Counted from the first letter of the stretch, positions 10,331 to 20,419 are shown. The stretch is 64,000 nt of DNA from an uncultured Candidatus Rokubacteria bacterium (GCA_963708025.1 CAVPSB010000014.1:128001-192000); one strand, 5' to 3'. Numbers and translations are program-made. Notes: generated by a model from the letters alone, not told the origin.

Positions 10331-10614
10331 CTCCTCGTGCGGCCATTGCGCTGTCGCAATTCCTCCTCGATGCGCTCGGCCAGGAAGACCTTGAGTAGCG
10401 ACTGGTAGGGAATGTCTCGCTTGTTCGCGAGGAGCTTCAACTCCTCGAGCATCAGTTCAGGAAGCCGAAGCGAGATCGTCTTGAGCGAAGGGCGCAGATC
10501 GGGGAGCACGGTTTTCTGCGCTCGGCTCCAATCGATGTACCTGGTCGAGTCAGCGGTTGCCCAGAACTTGCGCTCCTCCGACTCGGACTTGAAGTGCGGG
10601 ACCTTCTTCCTCAT
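10285..10614 (-). CDS. brnA: BrnA/CopG-family antitoxin
   Basis: P.FKSE.EE..FW, KTISLRLP, IPYQSLLK RHH domain; overlaps the toxin stop. Confidence 0.85.
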   Translation of the reverse strand: MRKKVPHFKSESEERKFWATADSTRYIDWSRAQKTVLPDLRPSLKTISLRLPELMLEELKLLANKRDIPYQSLLKVFLAERIEEELRQRNGRTRRSDSVQRTSRPAARR

Positions 10615-10916
10615 TTCGCTTGGTACTCCAGCTTCTCGCGGCGGTTCATCTCCCTTGCCGAGATCACCCGAATGAGAGTGCCGCGCACGGTGAACACCAC
10701 GAACAGTCGCCTGCCAGAGTCCGTCTGACCCAGGGCGTAGAAACGAAACTCTTGGCCGGAGTGCCTCTCGTCCTCGCCCGCGACCAGCGGTTGGTTGAAG
10801 AAGACCTGCTCACATTCGGATGCCGAGACCCGGTGCTTCTCCCAGTTCTTGAGGATGTTGCCTTCATCCCACTCGAACCCGGTGCACCCGGCCAGATCTG
10901 GTTCGCTCGCCACCAC
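10611..10916 (-). CDS. brnT: BrnT-family ribonuclease toxin
   Basis: FEWDEGN..KNWEKH, VVFTVRG..IRVISAR. Confidence 0.9.
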   Translation of the reverse strand: MVASEPDLAGCTGFEWDEGNILKNWEKHRVSASECEQVFFNQPLVAGEDERHSGQEFRFYALGQTDSGRRLFVVFTVRGTLIRVISAREMNRREKLEYQAK

Positions 10917-10920
10917 TCAT

Positions 10921-10951
10921 GTATATGCCACAGATATACGTACCGGGTCAA
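10921..10951 (-). promoter_or_regulatory. brnTA promoter with palindromic operator
   Basis: Inverted repeat GTATAT-gccacag-ATATAC (10921-10939) just upstream of the toxin start; TTGACC -35-like hexamer on the minus strand. Confidence 0.6.
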
Positions 10952-10971
10952 CGGGCTCGGCCATCCTTGTA

Positions 10972-11070
10972 GGTCAACGCTCGAGCCTCGACCTGGAGCC
11001 GGGTCCGGGGCGTCCCCGCGGCGACGACCTCATATGCCTGCACCGGCTCGGGCTTGCCCTTCCGGGTCAG
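10972..11070 (-). pseudogene. Fragment of an adenylate/guanylate cyclase-AAA ATPase protein
   Basis: Translates LTRKGKPEPVQAYEVVAAGTPRTRLQVEARALT, i.e. the class III cyclase C-terminal KGK.EPV.AYEV motif; no start codon. Confidence 0.5.
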
Positions 11071-11091
11071 TTGTAAGTCAGTGGGCCCGCC

Positions 11092-11854
11092 TTAGATGCA
11101 GCGGCCGCCGTCGACCTCGACGCAGGTGCCGGTCATCATGGCCGCGTCGTCGGAGGCCAGGAACAGCGCCGCCTTTGCCAGGTCCTCCGGCGTGTTGAGC
11201 CGGCCGAGGGGAATCGTCGCGATGTAGCGGGCGCGGCTCTCGTCGTCCACCGCCGGCTTGCCCATGAAGGTCGGGAGCATCGGCGTCTCGGTGGCGACGG
11301 GGGCGATCGCGACGACGCGGATGCCGAACGGCGCCAGCTCGAGGGCCAGGCTCTTCACCATCGAGACCACGGCGCCCTTGGACGCCGAGTAGCACTGGAC
11401 GCCGGGCCGGGGGCGGATGGCCGAGGTGGACGCGGTGACCAGGATCACCCCGGCCTTCTGGCGCTTCAGCACCGGCGCGACGGCCTTCACGCCGAGGAAC
11501 ACGCCCTTGACGTTGACCGCCATGATGCGGTCGAAGGTCGCCTCGTCCACGTCCTCGACCTTCGTCGGGTCCCTGGGGAACCCCGGCGTTGGCGAAGAAG
11601 ACGTCGAGCCGCCCCCAGCGGGCAAGCGTCTGGCTCACCGCCGCCTCGTTGTCGGACGCCCGGCTCACGTCGGCGCGGATGGCCAGGGCCTGGCCGCCGG
11701 CCTCCTCGATCGCCTGGGCGGTCGCCTTGGCCGCGTCCTCCCGCACGTCCACCACGGCCACCCGCGCGCCCTCCCGGGCGAAGAGGAGCGCCGAGGCCCG
11801 CCCGATCCCCGACCCGGCCCCCGTGATCAGCGCCACCCGGCTCTCGAGCCGCAT
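11092..11854 (-). CDS. SDR family oxidoreductase (FabG-like); one frameshift near 11580
   Basis: TGAGSGIG, ANAG, YSASK, VDGG split over two ORFs. Confidence 0.88.
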
Positions 11855-11925
11855 CGCGTACCCCCTTTGACTTTCCGGAGTGAGTCCGTCACCCTTATGC
11901 GGTTGGCCAATACCAGGAGGATGCC

Positions 11926-13582
11926 ATGAAAGGTGCCGCCGCGGTCGCCGAGATCCTCAAGCGCGAAGGGGTCGAGTTCCTCATCGGCTACCCCGTCAAC
12001 CCGATCATCGAAGCCGCCGCCGAGGCCGACATCCGGACGATCATCGTCCGCCAGGAGCGGACCGGCCTCCACATGGCCGACGCGGTCAGCCGGCTGTCCT
12101 CGGGCCAGCGGATCGGTGTCTTCGCCATGCAGCACGGGCCCGGCGTCCGAGAACGCCTTCGGCGGCGTGGCCCAGGCCTACGGCGAGTCGGTGCCGATCG
12201 TCGTCCTGCCGGCCGGCTATCCCGCGCCGGCTCACCAACATCCCGCCGAACTTCAACTCGTTCCTCAACTACCGCCACATCACCAAGTGGTGCGAGCAGG
12301 TCACGCTGCGCCGACGCCATCCCGGACGCCATGCGGCGGGCCTTCACCCAGGTGCGAGAACGGCCGGCCCCGGCCCGGTGCTGGTCGAGATCCCGGCCGA
12401 CGTCTTCGACCGAGGAGGTGCCGGAGCCGCTGACCTACCGGCCGACCTTTGCGGACCCGCTCGGGCCCGGACCCGCAGGCGGTCGCCGAGGTGGCGCCGG
12501 GTCCTGGTGGAGGCCAAGCGCCCGGTCATCTACGCCGGGCAGGGCGTCCACTACGCCCGGGCCTGGCAGCCCCTCCGCGAGCTGGCCGAACTGCTGGAGG
12601 CCCCGGTCACCACGAGCCTCCAGGGGAAGAGCGCCTTCCCCGAGGACCACCCGCTGTCGCTCGGGTCCGGCGGCCGCTCGATGCCCAAGGCCGGTCCACC
12701 ACTTCCTGCAGAACGCGGACGTGATCTTCGGCATCGGCTGCAGCTTCGCCACCACCAACTTCGGCGTGCCCATGCCGAAGGGCAAGGTCATCGTCCACGC
12801 CACGCTGGATCCCGCCGACCTCAACAAGGACGTCCCCGCCGAGCACGCCCTGATCGGGGACGCCGGCGCTCACGCTGGAGGCGCTGATCGCCGAGGTCCG
12901 GGATCGGCTGCACGGGCGGCCCCGGGGCGGGCAGCCGGGGTGGCGCCAGGCAGATCAAGAGCCGTGAAGGCCGAGTGGCTGGCCGAGTGGATGCCGAAGC
13001 TCACCTCGGACGAGGTGCCCGCTCTCGCCCTACCGGGTGATCTGGGACCTGCTGCACACGGTGGACGTCGGCCGAACACGATCATCACCCACGACGCCGG
13101 CAGCCCCCGCGACCAGCTCTCGCCGTTCTGGGAGCGCGGTGGCCCCGCTCACCTACATCGGCTGGGGCAAGACCACGCAGCTCGGCTACGGGCTCGGCCT
13201 GGCGATGGGGGCCAAGCTGGCCGCAGCCGGAGAAGCTCTGCATCAACGTCTGGGGCGATGCGGCCATCGGCTTCACCGGCATGGACTTCGAGACCGCGGT
13301 GCGCGAGCGCATCCCCATCCTGTCGGTCCTGCTCAACAACTTCTCGATGGCCATCGAGCTGCCGATCATGAAGGTGGCGACCGCAGAAGTACCGCAGCAC
13401 CGACATCTCCGGGAACTACGCCGACATGGCCCGGGCCTTCGGCGGCTACGGCGAGCGGGTGACCCAGCCGCGGCGAGATCATCCCGGCCATCCAGCGCGG
13501 CATCCGGAAGACGCAGGAGGGGACGCCGGCGCTGCTGGAGTTCATCACCGCCAAGGAGATCAGCTTCTCGATCTTCAAGTAG
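11926..13582 (+). CDS. Thiamine pyrophosphate-requiring enzyme (acetolactate synthase-like family); many frameshifts
   Basis: RQERTGLHMADA, QHGPG, YAGQGV, TPP-binding WGDAAIGFTGMDFET..LLNN across frames; stop TAG at 13582. Confidence 0.82.
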
Positions 13583-13588
13583 CCGGGC

Positions 13589-14341
13589 ATGGCCCGGGGC
13601 TACGAGATCACGCCGCGCGACGGGCTGATCGAGATCCGGCTGGCCTGCGGCAAGGCCAACGCCCTGAACCCCCGGAGCCTCGACGCGCTGGCCGAGGCCT
13701 TCGGGGAGGCGGGGCGCGCGGACCCGGCCGGCGTCGTCCTCACCGGCTACGACGGGTTCTTCTCGGCCGGGCTGGACCTGGTCCTCCTGTACGGGCTGGA
13801 CCCGGCTGCCATGGACGCCTTCATGCAGGCCTTCGATCGCGTCATGCTCGAGGTGTTCGCGTTCCCCCGGCCGGTGGTGGCGGCGGTGAACGGCCACGCC
13901 GTCGCCGGCGGCTGCATCCTGGCTCTCGCCTGCGACGCCCGGGTGGCGGTGGACGGGCCGATCAAGATCGGGCTCAACGAGATCCGGCTCGGCGTGCCGT
14001 TCCCGTCCTCGGCGCTCGAGATCGCGCGCCATGGCCTTGCGGCCCGATCACTCGAGGAGGTGCTCTACGGCGGCGAGCTGTACTCTCCGGCGGAGGCGCA
14101 GTCGCGGGGCCTGGTCGATCGCGTGACCGGCGACGCGCTGGCCGAGGCCCGCGCGCTCTGCGCCCGGCTCGCCGGTCAGCCCCGCGGCGCCTTCGCCGCG
14201 ATCAAGGCCGCCCTGAAGGCGCCGGCTCTCGCCCGGGCCCGCGAGTCGCTCGACGACCTCCGCCGGGCGTTCGTCGAGGCCTGGTACGCGCCCGACGGCC
14301 GCGAGCGGATCGGCGCGGCGCGGGCGACCCTCCTCCGCTGA
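13589..14341 (+). CDS. Enoyl-CoA hydratase/isomerase family protein
   Basis: FSAGLDL, AAVNGHAVAGG, IGLNE. Confidence 0.9.
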   Translation: MARGYEITPRDGLIEIRLACGKANALNPRSLDALAEAFGEAGRADPAGVVLTGYDGFFSAGLDLVLLYGLDPAAMDAFMQAFDRVMLEVFAFPRPVVAAVNGHAVAGGCILALACDARVAVDGPIKIGLNEIRLGVPFPSSALEIARHGLAARSLEEVLYGGELYSPAEAQSRGLVDRVTGDALAEARALCARLAGQPRGAFAAIKAALKAPALARARESLDDLRRAFVEAWYAPDGRERIGAARATLLR

Positions 14342-14354
14342 CGGCCGGCATCGC

Positions 14355-15443
14355 TCACGGGGTCCGGGCCCGCAGGCGGTCGATGCCCTGCCGCGCCGTC
14401 TCGTCCTTCCGGTCGGAGGCCTCCCAGCCGCGCTCGTAGGCCTGAAGAGCCTTGTCGGGCTGCCGGTCGCTCTCGTACACGTAGCCCAGCTCCACCAGGC
14501 TCGCGACGTGCCCCGGCTTCAGCCGGACGGCCTCCTCGATGGCGGCCGCCGCCGGCGCCCATTCGCCGGAGCGTGAGCGGGCCAGCCCCAGGTTGAACCA
14601 GGCGGCGGCGGAGTCGGCGTGGGCGCGGGCGTATCGATCGAGCAGCGGGGCGGCCTTCGCGAACTGCTTGTCGGCGAGGTAAGCCTGCCCGAGGAGACCC
14701 CAGGTGGCCTCGTCGTCGCGGACGGGCGCGAGCCGCTCCCCGACCGCGATGGCCTCCTGGATCGTCGCGGGGTCCTCCCGCGCCTGCTGCAGGTACACGT
14801 CGCCCAGCAAGAGGAGCGAGTCGGCGTCCCGGGGCGCGATGGCCAGGGCCTGCTTCAGTGCCGCTATCGCCTCCGGGGCGCGGCCGAGCCTCCGGTAGGC
14901 GTAGCCCAGGTAGTAGTGGTTGTTGGCGTTGCTCGGCATGCCGGTCGTCGCCGCGGAGAGGACGGGGACGGCGTCGGCGAAGCGGTCCGTGAAGATGTAG
15001 GCGCGACCCAGCGCCGACTGGCTGGCCGGCTCCACCGGTCCGCCGCTCTTCTGGGTGAGCGCGATGTAGCGGCTGAGGGGCGGGATCGCGTCCGCGTATT
15101 GCTGGAGCTTGTAGTGGGCGAACCCGATGAAGTACTCGCCGGTGGCCTGGTCCCGCGCGTTGTCCCCGGCGCCGGCCAGGTAGCGCCGGAAGGCGTCGAT
15201 CGTCTCGGGATAGCGGTCGAGCTGGAACTGGCTGGCCCCGACGTAGTACCAGGCCTGCCAGTACTCCGGCCGGGCCTTCGCGACGGCCTGGAAGGCGGCG
15301 ATCGCCTCCGGGTACTGCTTCTGCTCGTAGAGGGCGCGGGCCCGGTCCCAGTCCTGGGCGGCCGCGGCCGAGGCCAGCCAGAGCAGCGCGAGCGCGACGG
15401 CGGCCGCCCGCAGCGCTCGCCGTCCTCGGCAGACCCGCGTCAC
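14355..15443 (-). CDS. Secreted tetratricopeptide repeat protein
   Basis: Signal peptide ending ASAAAAQ, repeated TPR motifs (AWYYVG, YYLGYAY, AWFNLG); GTG start coupled to the upstream stop. Confidence 0.8.
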   Translation of the reverse strand: MTRVCRGRRALRAAAVALALLWLASAAAAQDWDRARALYEQKQYPEAIAAFQAVAKARPEYWQAWYYVGASQFQLDRYPETIDAFRRYLAGAGDNARDQATGEYFIGFAHYKLQQYADAIPPLSRYIALTQKSGGPVEPASQSALGRAYIFTDRFADAVPVLSAATTGMPSNANNHYYLGYAYRRLGRAPEAIAALKQALAIAPRDADSLLLLGDVYLQQAREDPATIQEAIAVGERLAPVRDDEATWGLLGQAYLADKQFAKAAPLLDRYARAHADSAAAWFNLGLARSRSGEWAPAAAAIEEAVRLKPGHVASLVELGYVYESDRQPDKALQAYERGWEASDRKDETARQGIDRLRARTP

Positions 15444-16561
15444 GCCCGCGTCAGCTCGTCGCGCAGCCGTCGGGCCACGATCGAGGCCTCGTCGCCGCGC
15501 AGGCAATGGGGGTCCACGAGCAGGTCCCCCTGGAAGATGCGGACCATGATCGGGGGCTCGCCCGCCCGGAGCGCGTCCATCACCGCGGCCGGCGTCAGCC
15601 CGGTCGCGCCCGTGTCGAGGCTCACCAGCACGGTCGGCGCCGACCAGACCGTCCGGTCGTCCTCGATCCGCGCGGTGACGCCGGGCAGCCCGGCCACGGC
15701 GCCCGCGATCCGCCGCGCCTCGCCCAGGTGCCGGTCCCACTCGGCCCGGTGGTCGTCCAGGAGGAACAGCTCGAGCGCGGCCACCAGGCCGACGATGGCC
15801 TCCTTGCTGACCTTGCACGGCCGGCCGATCGCCGAGTTCGGCGCCGCGTTGGCCGCCGCCGCCCGGATCAGCTCGGCCCGCCCGAGGAGGAGCCCGGTGT
15901 TCTGCGGCCCGCGGATCCCCTTGCCCCCGCTCAGGATGACCAGGTCGGCGCCCTCCTGCGTCCACCGCGTGAGGTGGGCCGTCGGGGGCAGCGTCGAGGC
16001 CGCGTCGACCACCAGCGGCAGGCCGTGGGCGTGGGCGAGCGCGGCCATCCGGGCGGCGGGCACGCCCTGCTCGGCGAGGCGCGGCGAGACGATGAAGACC
16101 AGCGCGGCCGTCCGGTCGCCGATCGCCGCCTCGACCTCGCGCTCGGAGCACCGCTCGGCGTCGCCGACCTCGACCAGCCGGGCCCCCGCGGTCCGCAGCG
16201 CCTGGTCGTAGTGGATGCGCCCGCAGCGCTGGAGGACCAGCTCGTTCCGCATGCCGGCGGTGTCGGGCAGCCGGGCGATGCGCTCGGGGTCCGTCCCCGC
16301 GATGCAGGCGGCCGCCGCCAGCAACAGGCCGCCGGCCGAGCCCGAGGTGACGTGGGCGCCCTCGACGCCGACGAGCCGCGCGATGTGCTCGCCGGCCCGG
16401 GCGTTCAGCTCGGTCATGTCGACGAAGGCGGTCGCCGCCTCGGCCATCGCCTCCAGCACCGGCTTGGGCATCAGGGAGCCGCTGGCCATGGTGTTCATGC
16501 CCCGGGCGTTGACGATCGGCCGGACGCCCAGCCGGCGGTACACCTCGACGGGTTCGTGCAT
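15440..16561 (-). CDS. SelA/DgaE-like PLP-dependent enzyme
   Basis: IVNARG, VDAAS, PLP lysine in SGGKGIRGPQ, IGRPCKVSKE; ~373 aa. Confidence 0.8.
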   Translation of the reverse strand: MHEPVEVYRRLGVRPIVNARGMNTMASGSLMPKPVLEAMAEAATAFVDMTELNARAGEHIARLVGVEGAHVTSGSAGGLLLAAAACIAGTDPERIARLPDTAGMRNELVLQRCGRIHYDQALRTAGARLVEVGDAERCSEREVEAAIGDRTAALVFIVSPRLAEQGVPAARMAALAHAHGLPLVVDAASTLPPTAHLTRWTQEGADLVILSGGKGIRGPQNTGLLLGRAELIRAAAANAAPNSAIGRPCKVSKEAIVGLVAALELFLLDDHRAEWDRHLGEARRIAGAVAGLPGVTARIEDDRTVWSAPTVLVSLDTGATGLTPAAVMDALRAGEPPIMVRIFQGDLLVDPHCLRGDEASIVARRLRDELTRA

Positions 16562-16632
16562 CGCGGGAGATTCCTCCTCGCGGTAGACTCTACCACGGGC
16601 TCGACACCACCAACCAGGCGAGGAGGGCATCC

Positions 16633-17401
16633 ATGCGCGGCCAGCCGGATCAAGGAGAAGCTACGGGCCGGGCGCCCGGTCTTCACGACCGGGCTCCGGT
16701 TCCACTCGCCACGGCTGGTCGAGATGCTGGCCCGGAGCGGCGTCGATCAGATCTTCCTGGACGCCGAGCACGGGCCGCTGTCCGAGGGCGAGTGCGAGGA
16801 GATGGTCCGGGCGGCCGACCTCTGCGACGTGCCGGTGATGATCCGGGTGCCGGCCAACGCGCCCCACGTGATCCTGCGCTACCTCGACATCGGGACCTCG
16901 ACGATCCTGGTGCCCCACGTGACGACACGGGCCGACGCCGAGCGGGCGGTGCGGGCGGTGAAGTATCCGCCGGAGGGGGCGCGGAGCTTCGCGCCCGGGC
17001 GGGGCGGGGAGCCGCTCGGGCTGGGGCCCGCCGAGTACGTCCGCCGGGCCAACGAGGAGACGGCGGTCATCGCCCTGTTCGAGGACGTCGCCGGCCTGGA
17101 CGAGGTCGAGGCGATCTGCCGGGTCCCCGGGATCGACGGCCTGAGCGTCGGCGCCTACGACCTGGCCGCCTCGATGGGGTACCCGGGGCAGCCCTGGCGC
17201 GACGAGGTCCAGGCCGTCGTGGAGCGCGTGCTCCAGACCTGCCGTGCCAGCCGGATGCCGTTCGGCACGGTGCCGCGCGACCGCGCCGACCTCCGCCGCC
17301 AGCTCGAGCGGGGCTGCCAGCTCATCGGCGTCGCCCCGCTCGAGTGGGGGATCCAGCTCGCGCGTGAAACGGTGGAGGAGCTGAGGAAGCTCTCCTCCTG
17401 A
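16633..17401 (+). CDS. HpcH/HpaI class II aldolase family protein; probable frameshift right after ATG
   Basis: FLDAEHG, LDIG, KYPPEGARS, VGAYDL; SD gaggagg before ATG 16633. Confidence 0.85.
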
Positions 17402-17407
17402 CCCGCC

Positions 17408-18205
17408 CTACTTCACCTCCACTGAGCCCTTCATGTTCGGGTGGAGGCCGCAGATGTACTCGTAGACGCCGGCCGACGCGAAGCTGCGCGTGTGCGTCTG
17501 CCCCTTCAGCAGCATGTCGGAGCGCGCCTGACCCGTGACCGCCACCTGGTGGGGCGAGTCGTCGGTGTTGAGCCACGTCACCGATTGGCCCGGCGCCACC
17601 GTCAGCTTGCCCGGCCCGAAGACGAAGCCCGCGATCTTGACGTCGGCGGCCGGCGCCGCCGCGGCGGCGGGGGCGGCCGCGACCATCTGGCCGGCGATGC
17701 TGGAGTAGGAGATCACGAAGTCCCGGCCCTCGTGCGGCTTGTGGCACTCGAAGCAACCCTTGTAGTTGGCCTGCGTGTTCAGCTTCCCGTCCATCGAGAA
17801 GGCCGCGTACTCCCACTCGCCGTTCCGCAGGTCGCTCGGATACTCGGTGCCCCAGCCCTTCCGCTTCTCCATCACCGTGATGGCGACCGGGTCACCCTTG
17901 AGGAAACGGCCCCTGGCGTCCTTCGTCGGATTGCCCTGGGCGTCCACCTGGGCCTTGTACTGGACGAGGACCAGCACGGTGCCGTCGGGCAGCGGCCGGC
18001 CGGCCTTGGCCTCCGCCACCGCCTCCGACGAGGAGGCGTACAGCTCGCGGTACTGCTTGTTGTCGTAGCGATCCACGGTGTTGTAGAGCACGAAGCCCTT
18101 CCAGTTGGCCGGGAAGCCGATCTTCTCCGGCCCGGCGCTGGACGTGGCGGCCAGGCCCAGCAGGACGACCAGCGCGGCGGCGGCTCGGGTGACGGCTCGG
18201 TTCAT
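17408..18205 (-). CDS. Periplasmic cytochrome P460/c'-beta domain fused to an amicyanin/plastocyanin-like cupredoxin
   Basis: Signal peptide; PDGTV, MEK..GWG, GEWEY, heme motif CFECH; Ala/Pro linker; type-1 Cu ligands H (PHQV) and CGLHPNM. Confidence 0.85.
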   Translation of the reverse strand: MNRAVTRAAAALVVLLGLAATSSAGPEKIGFPANWKGFVLYNTVDRYDNKQYRELYASSSEAVAEAKAGRPLPDGTVLVLVQYKAQVDAQGNPTKDARGRFLKGDPVAITVMEKRKGWGTEYPSDLRNGEWEYAAFSMDGKLNTQANYKGCFECHKPHEGRDFVISYSSIAGQMVAAAPAAAAAPAADVKIAGFVFGPGKLTVAPGQSVTWLNTDDSPHQVAVTGQARSDMLLKGQTHTRSFASAGVYEYICGLHPNMKGSVEVK

Positions 18206-18254
18206 GCGTTCCTCCCTCCGGTGAGTGTTGTGAACAACCTGTGAAGCACTCGGG

Positions 18255-18342
18255 TCCTCCGACACCCCCTCCCCCCCAGCCAGAGGCCGAAGGCCGTCCA
18301 TCGATGGGGAGGGGGGCTGGGGGGTGGGCGGGAGGTCCCGAA
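18255..18342. repeat. Intergenic palindromic repeat (family shared with 36399-36487)
   Basis: Reverse complement ttcgggacctccc.cccaccc...ggggggagggg..gtcgg matches 36399-36487; contains aggccgaaggccgtcc. Confidence 0.6.
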
Positions 18343-18356
18343 ATAACAAACGCCGG

Positions 18357-19124
18357 TCAGGCCCGCAAGGTTTCCAGGAAGCCGCGGGCGGCCCGGGCGA
18401 TCACGCTCCCGCTCGGCACCAGGAGGGCCTGGAAGCCGCGCTCGATGAGACGGCGGCCGTCCTCCGGATCGAGCGCCACGATCATCGCCGGGCGTCCGGC
18501 GTCACGGGCGGCCCGGGCGATGCGGTCCACCTCGGCCTGGACCCGGGGGTCGCTCCAGCCCCCGGGGATCCCCATGGAGAGCGCCAGGTCGGCGGGCCCG
18601 ATCAGGACCACGTCCACCCCGTCCACCCCCACCACGTCGGGCAGCACGTCCAGCGCCTCGCGGTCCTCGACGATCGGCAGGAACAGGGTCTCCTCGTTGG
18701 CGCGCCGGAGATAGTCGGCCGGCGATTGCGTCACGCCGTAGAACGCGGCGCGCGACATGGTGCTGGCACCGCGCGTGCCCCGGGGCGGGTACTTGATCGC
18801 CTGGACCGCGGCCTCGGCGGCGGCCTTGCTCGCGACGTTGGGGACGATGATGCCGCCCGCCCCCACGTCGAGGTACTCGAGGATCACCGACGGGTCGTTC
18901 CGCGGCACGCGCACCAGCGGCGTCATGCCGGTCAGCTCGGCGGCGCGGATCAGCTCCCGCGCGCTCTCGACGGTGAGGCCGCCGTGCTGGCCGTCCAGGA
19001 ACACGAAATCGTAGCCGAGGTGCCCGAACAGCTCGACCAGCTCGGCACTCTGGATCGTCAGCAGCACGCCGACCACCCGCCGGCCTTCACGGAGCTTCGC
19101 CTTCAGGCTGTTGGCTCGCATCAC
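18357..19124 (-). CDS. HpcH/HpaI class II aldolase family protein
   Basis: FVFLDGQHG, LVRVP, KYPPRGTRG, IGPADL. Confidence 0.9.
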   Translation of the reverse strand: MMRANSLKAKLREGRRVVGVLLTIQSAELVELFGHLGYDFVFLDGQHGGLTVESARELIRAAELTGMTPLVRVPRNDPSVILEYLDVGAGGIIVPNVASKAAAEAAVQAIKYPPRGTRGASTMSRAAFYGVTQSPADYLRRANEETLFLPIVEDREALDVLPDVVGVDGVDVVLIGPADLALSMGIPGGWSDPRVQAEVDRIARAARDAGRPAMIVALDPEDGRRLIERGFQALLVPSGSVIARAARGFLETLRA

Positions 19125-19170
19125 CGTCTCTCCGGGCCCCTAGTGTACCGCAGCGGTATAGTCGAGGAGG

Positions 19171-20283
19171 TTAGGCCAAGACGGCGGAGAGCGGGGTCGG
19201 CGCCTCGCCGAGCGCTTCCGCGACACGCGGGTGGACGATCTTCCCGGCCCAGACGTTGACGCCCTTGGCCAGGGCCGGGTTCTCGCGCACCGCCGCCGCC
19301 ACCCCGCGGTTCGCCAGCAGGAGGACGTAGGGCAGGGTGGCGTTGGTGAGGGCGAAGGTCGAGGTGCGGGGCACCAGGGCCGGCATGTTCGCCACCCCGT
19401 AGTGGACGACGCCGCCCACCCGGTAGATCGGCTCCAGCAGCGTGGTCGGCCGGATGGTGGCGATGCAGCCGCCCTGATCGACGGCCACGTCGACGACCAC
19501 GGCGCCCTCCTTCATCCGGCGCACCATCGCCTCCGTCACCAGCACCGGCGCCCGGGCGCCGGCGATGAGGACGGCGCCGATCAGGAGGTCGGCCCGCTGG
19601 ACGACCTGGTCGACGTTGTAGCTGTTCGAGAAGATCGTGACGGCCTGACGGCCGAAGAGGTCGTCCACGTAGCGGAGCCGGTCGAGGTTGACGTCGAGGA
19701 TCGAGACGTCGGCGCCGAGGCCGACGGCAGTCCGGCACGCGTTGAGACCCACCGTGCCGGCGCCGAGGATGACGACGTTGCCGGGCGGCACCCCGGGCAC
19801 GCCCGATAGCAGGATACCGCGCCCACCGTGCGCCTTGCCGAGATAGAAGGCGCCCTCCTGGACGGCGAGTCGTCCCGCGACCTCGCTCATCGGGGTCAGG
19901 AGCGGGAGGCTCCCGTCCGGACGCTCGACCGTCTCGTAGGCGATCGCGATGACGTCGGTCCGGCGGAGCACGGCGGCCAGCTCCGGGGCCGGCGCCAGGT
20001 GGAGGTACGTGAAGAGGACCTGGCCGGGCCGGAGGCGCCCGTGCTCGGGCTCGATCGGCTCCTTCACCTTGAGCACCAGCTCGGCCTGTCGCCAGACCTC
20101 CTCGACCCCGACGAGGACCGCGCCGACGGCGGCGTACTCGTCGTCACGGAAGACGCTGCCGACCCCGGCCTCGCGCTCGACGAGCACCCGGTGCCCGGCC
20201 TCGGCCAGGGCGCCGGCGCCGGCCGGCGTGAGCGCGACGCGCTGCTCGCCGGGCTTGATCTCGCGCGGAACCCCCACGATCAT
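19171..20283 (-). CDS. ald: Alanine dehydrogenase
   Basis: MIVGVPREIK, KVKEP, FTYLHLA, LPLLTPMSEVAGR, DVAVDQGG, VANMP. Confidence 0.95.
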   Translation of the reverse strand: MIVGVPREIKPGEQRVALTPAGAGALAEAGHRVLVEREAGVGSVFRDDEYAAVGAVLVGVEEVWRQAELVLKVKEPIEPEHGRLRPGQVLFTYLHLAPAPELAAVLRRTDVIAIAYETVERPDGSLPLLTPMSEVAGRLAVQEGAFYLGKAHGGRGILLSGVPGVPPGNVVILGAGTVGLNACRTAVGLGADVSILDVNLDRLRYVDDLFGRQAVTIFSNSYNVDQVVQRADLLIGAVLIAGARAPVLVTEAMVRRMKEGAVVVDVAVDQGGCIATIRPTTLLEPIYRVGGVVHYGVANMPALVPRTSTFALTNATLPYVLLLANRGVAAAVRENPALAKGVNVWAGKIVHPRVAEALGEAPTPLSAVLA

Positions 20284-20351
20284 GGCGGACCTCCCTGTCT
20301 CTTGTACCCCGAACGCCGGGAGAAATCCACGCGGGGGAGGGCCCGGTCGGC

Positions 20352-20380
20352 TTGACGGGCCCGGTGGCGCGGCGTAGCTT
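20352..20380 (+). promoter_or_regulatory. Sigma70-type promoter
   Basis: TTGACG-17 nt-TAGCTT upstream of ORF 20420. Confidence 0.5.
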
Positions 20381-20419
20381 CTACCCACCGTTCGACTCGA
20401 TGCAACTCGGGAGGGGACG

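Noticed and set aside
11926-13582. Programmed frameshifting or true pseudogene in the TPP enzyme
   Set aside because: Many scattered single-base indels with intact motifs fit sequencing error
15440-16561. True selenocysteine synthase selA
   Set aside because: Too short, lacks the SelA N-terminal domain, and no selB/selC/selD nearby
17408-18205. Evidence for ammonia or hydroxylamine oxidation
   Set aside because: The cross-link Lys appears absent and no amo/hao genes are in the window
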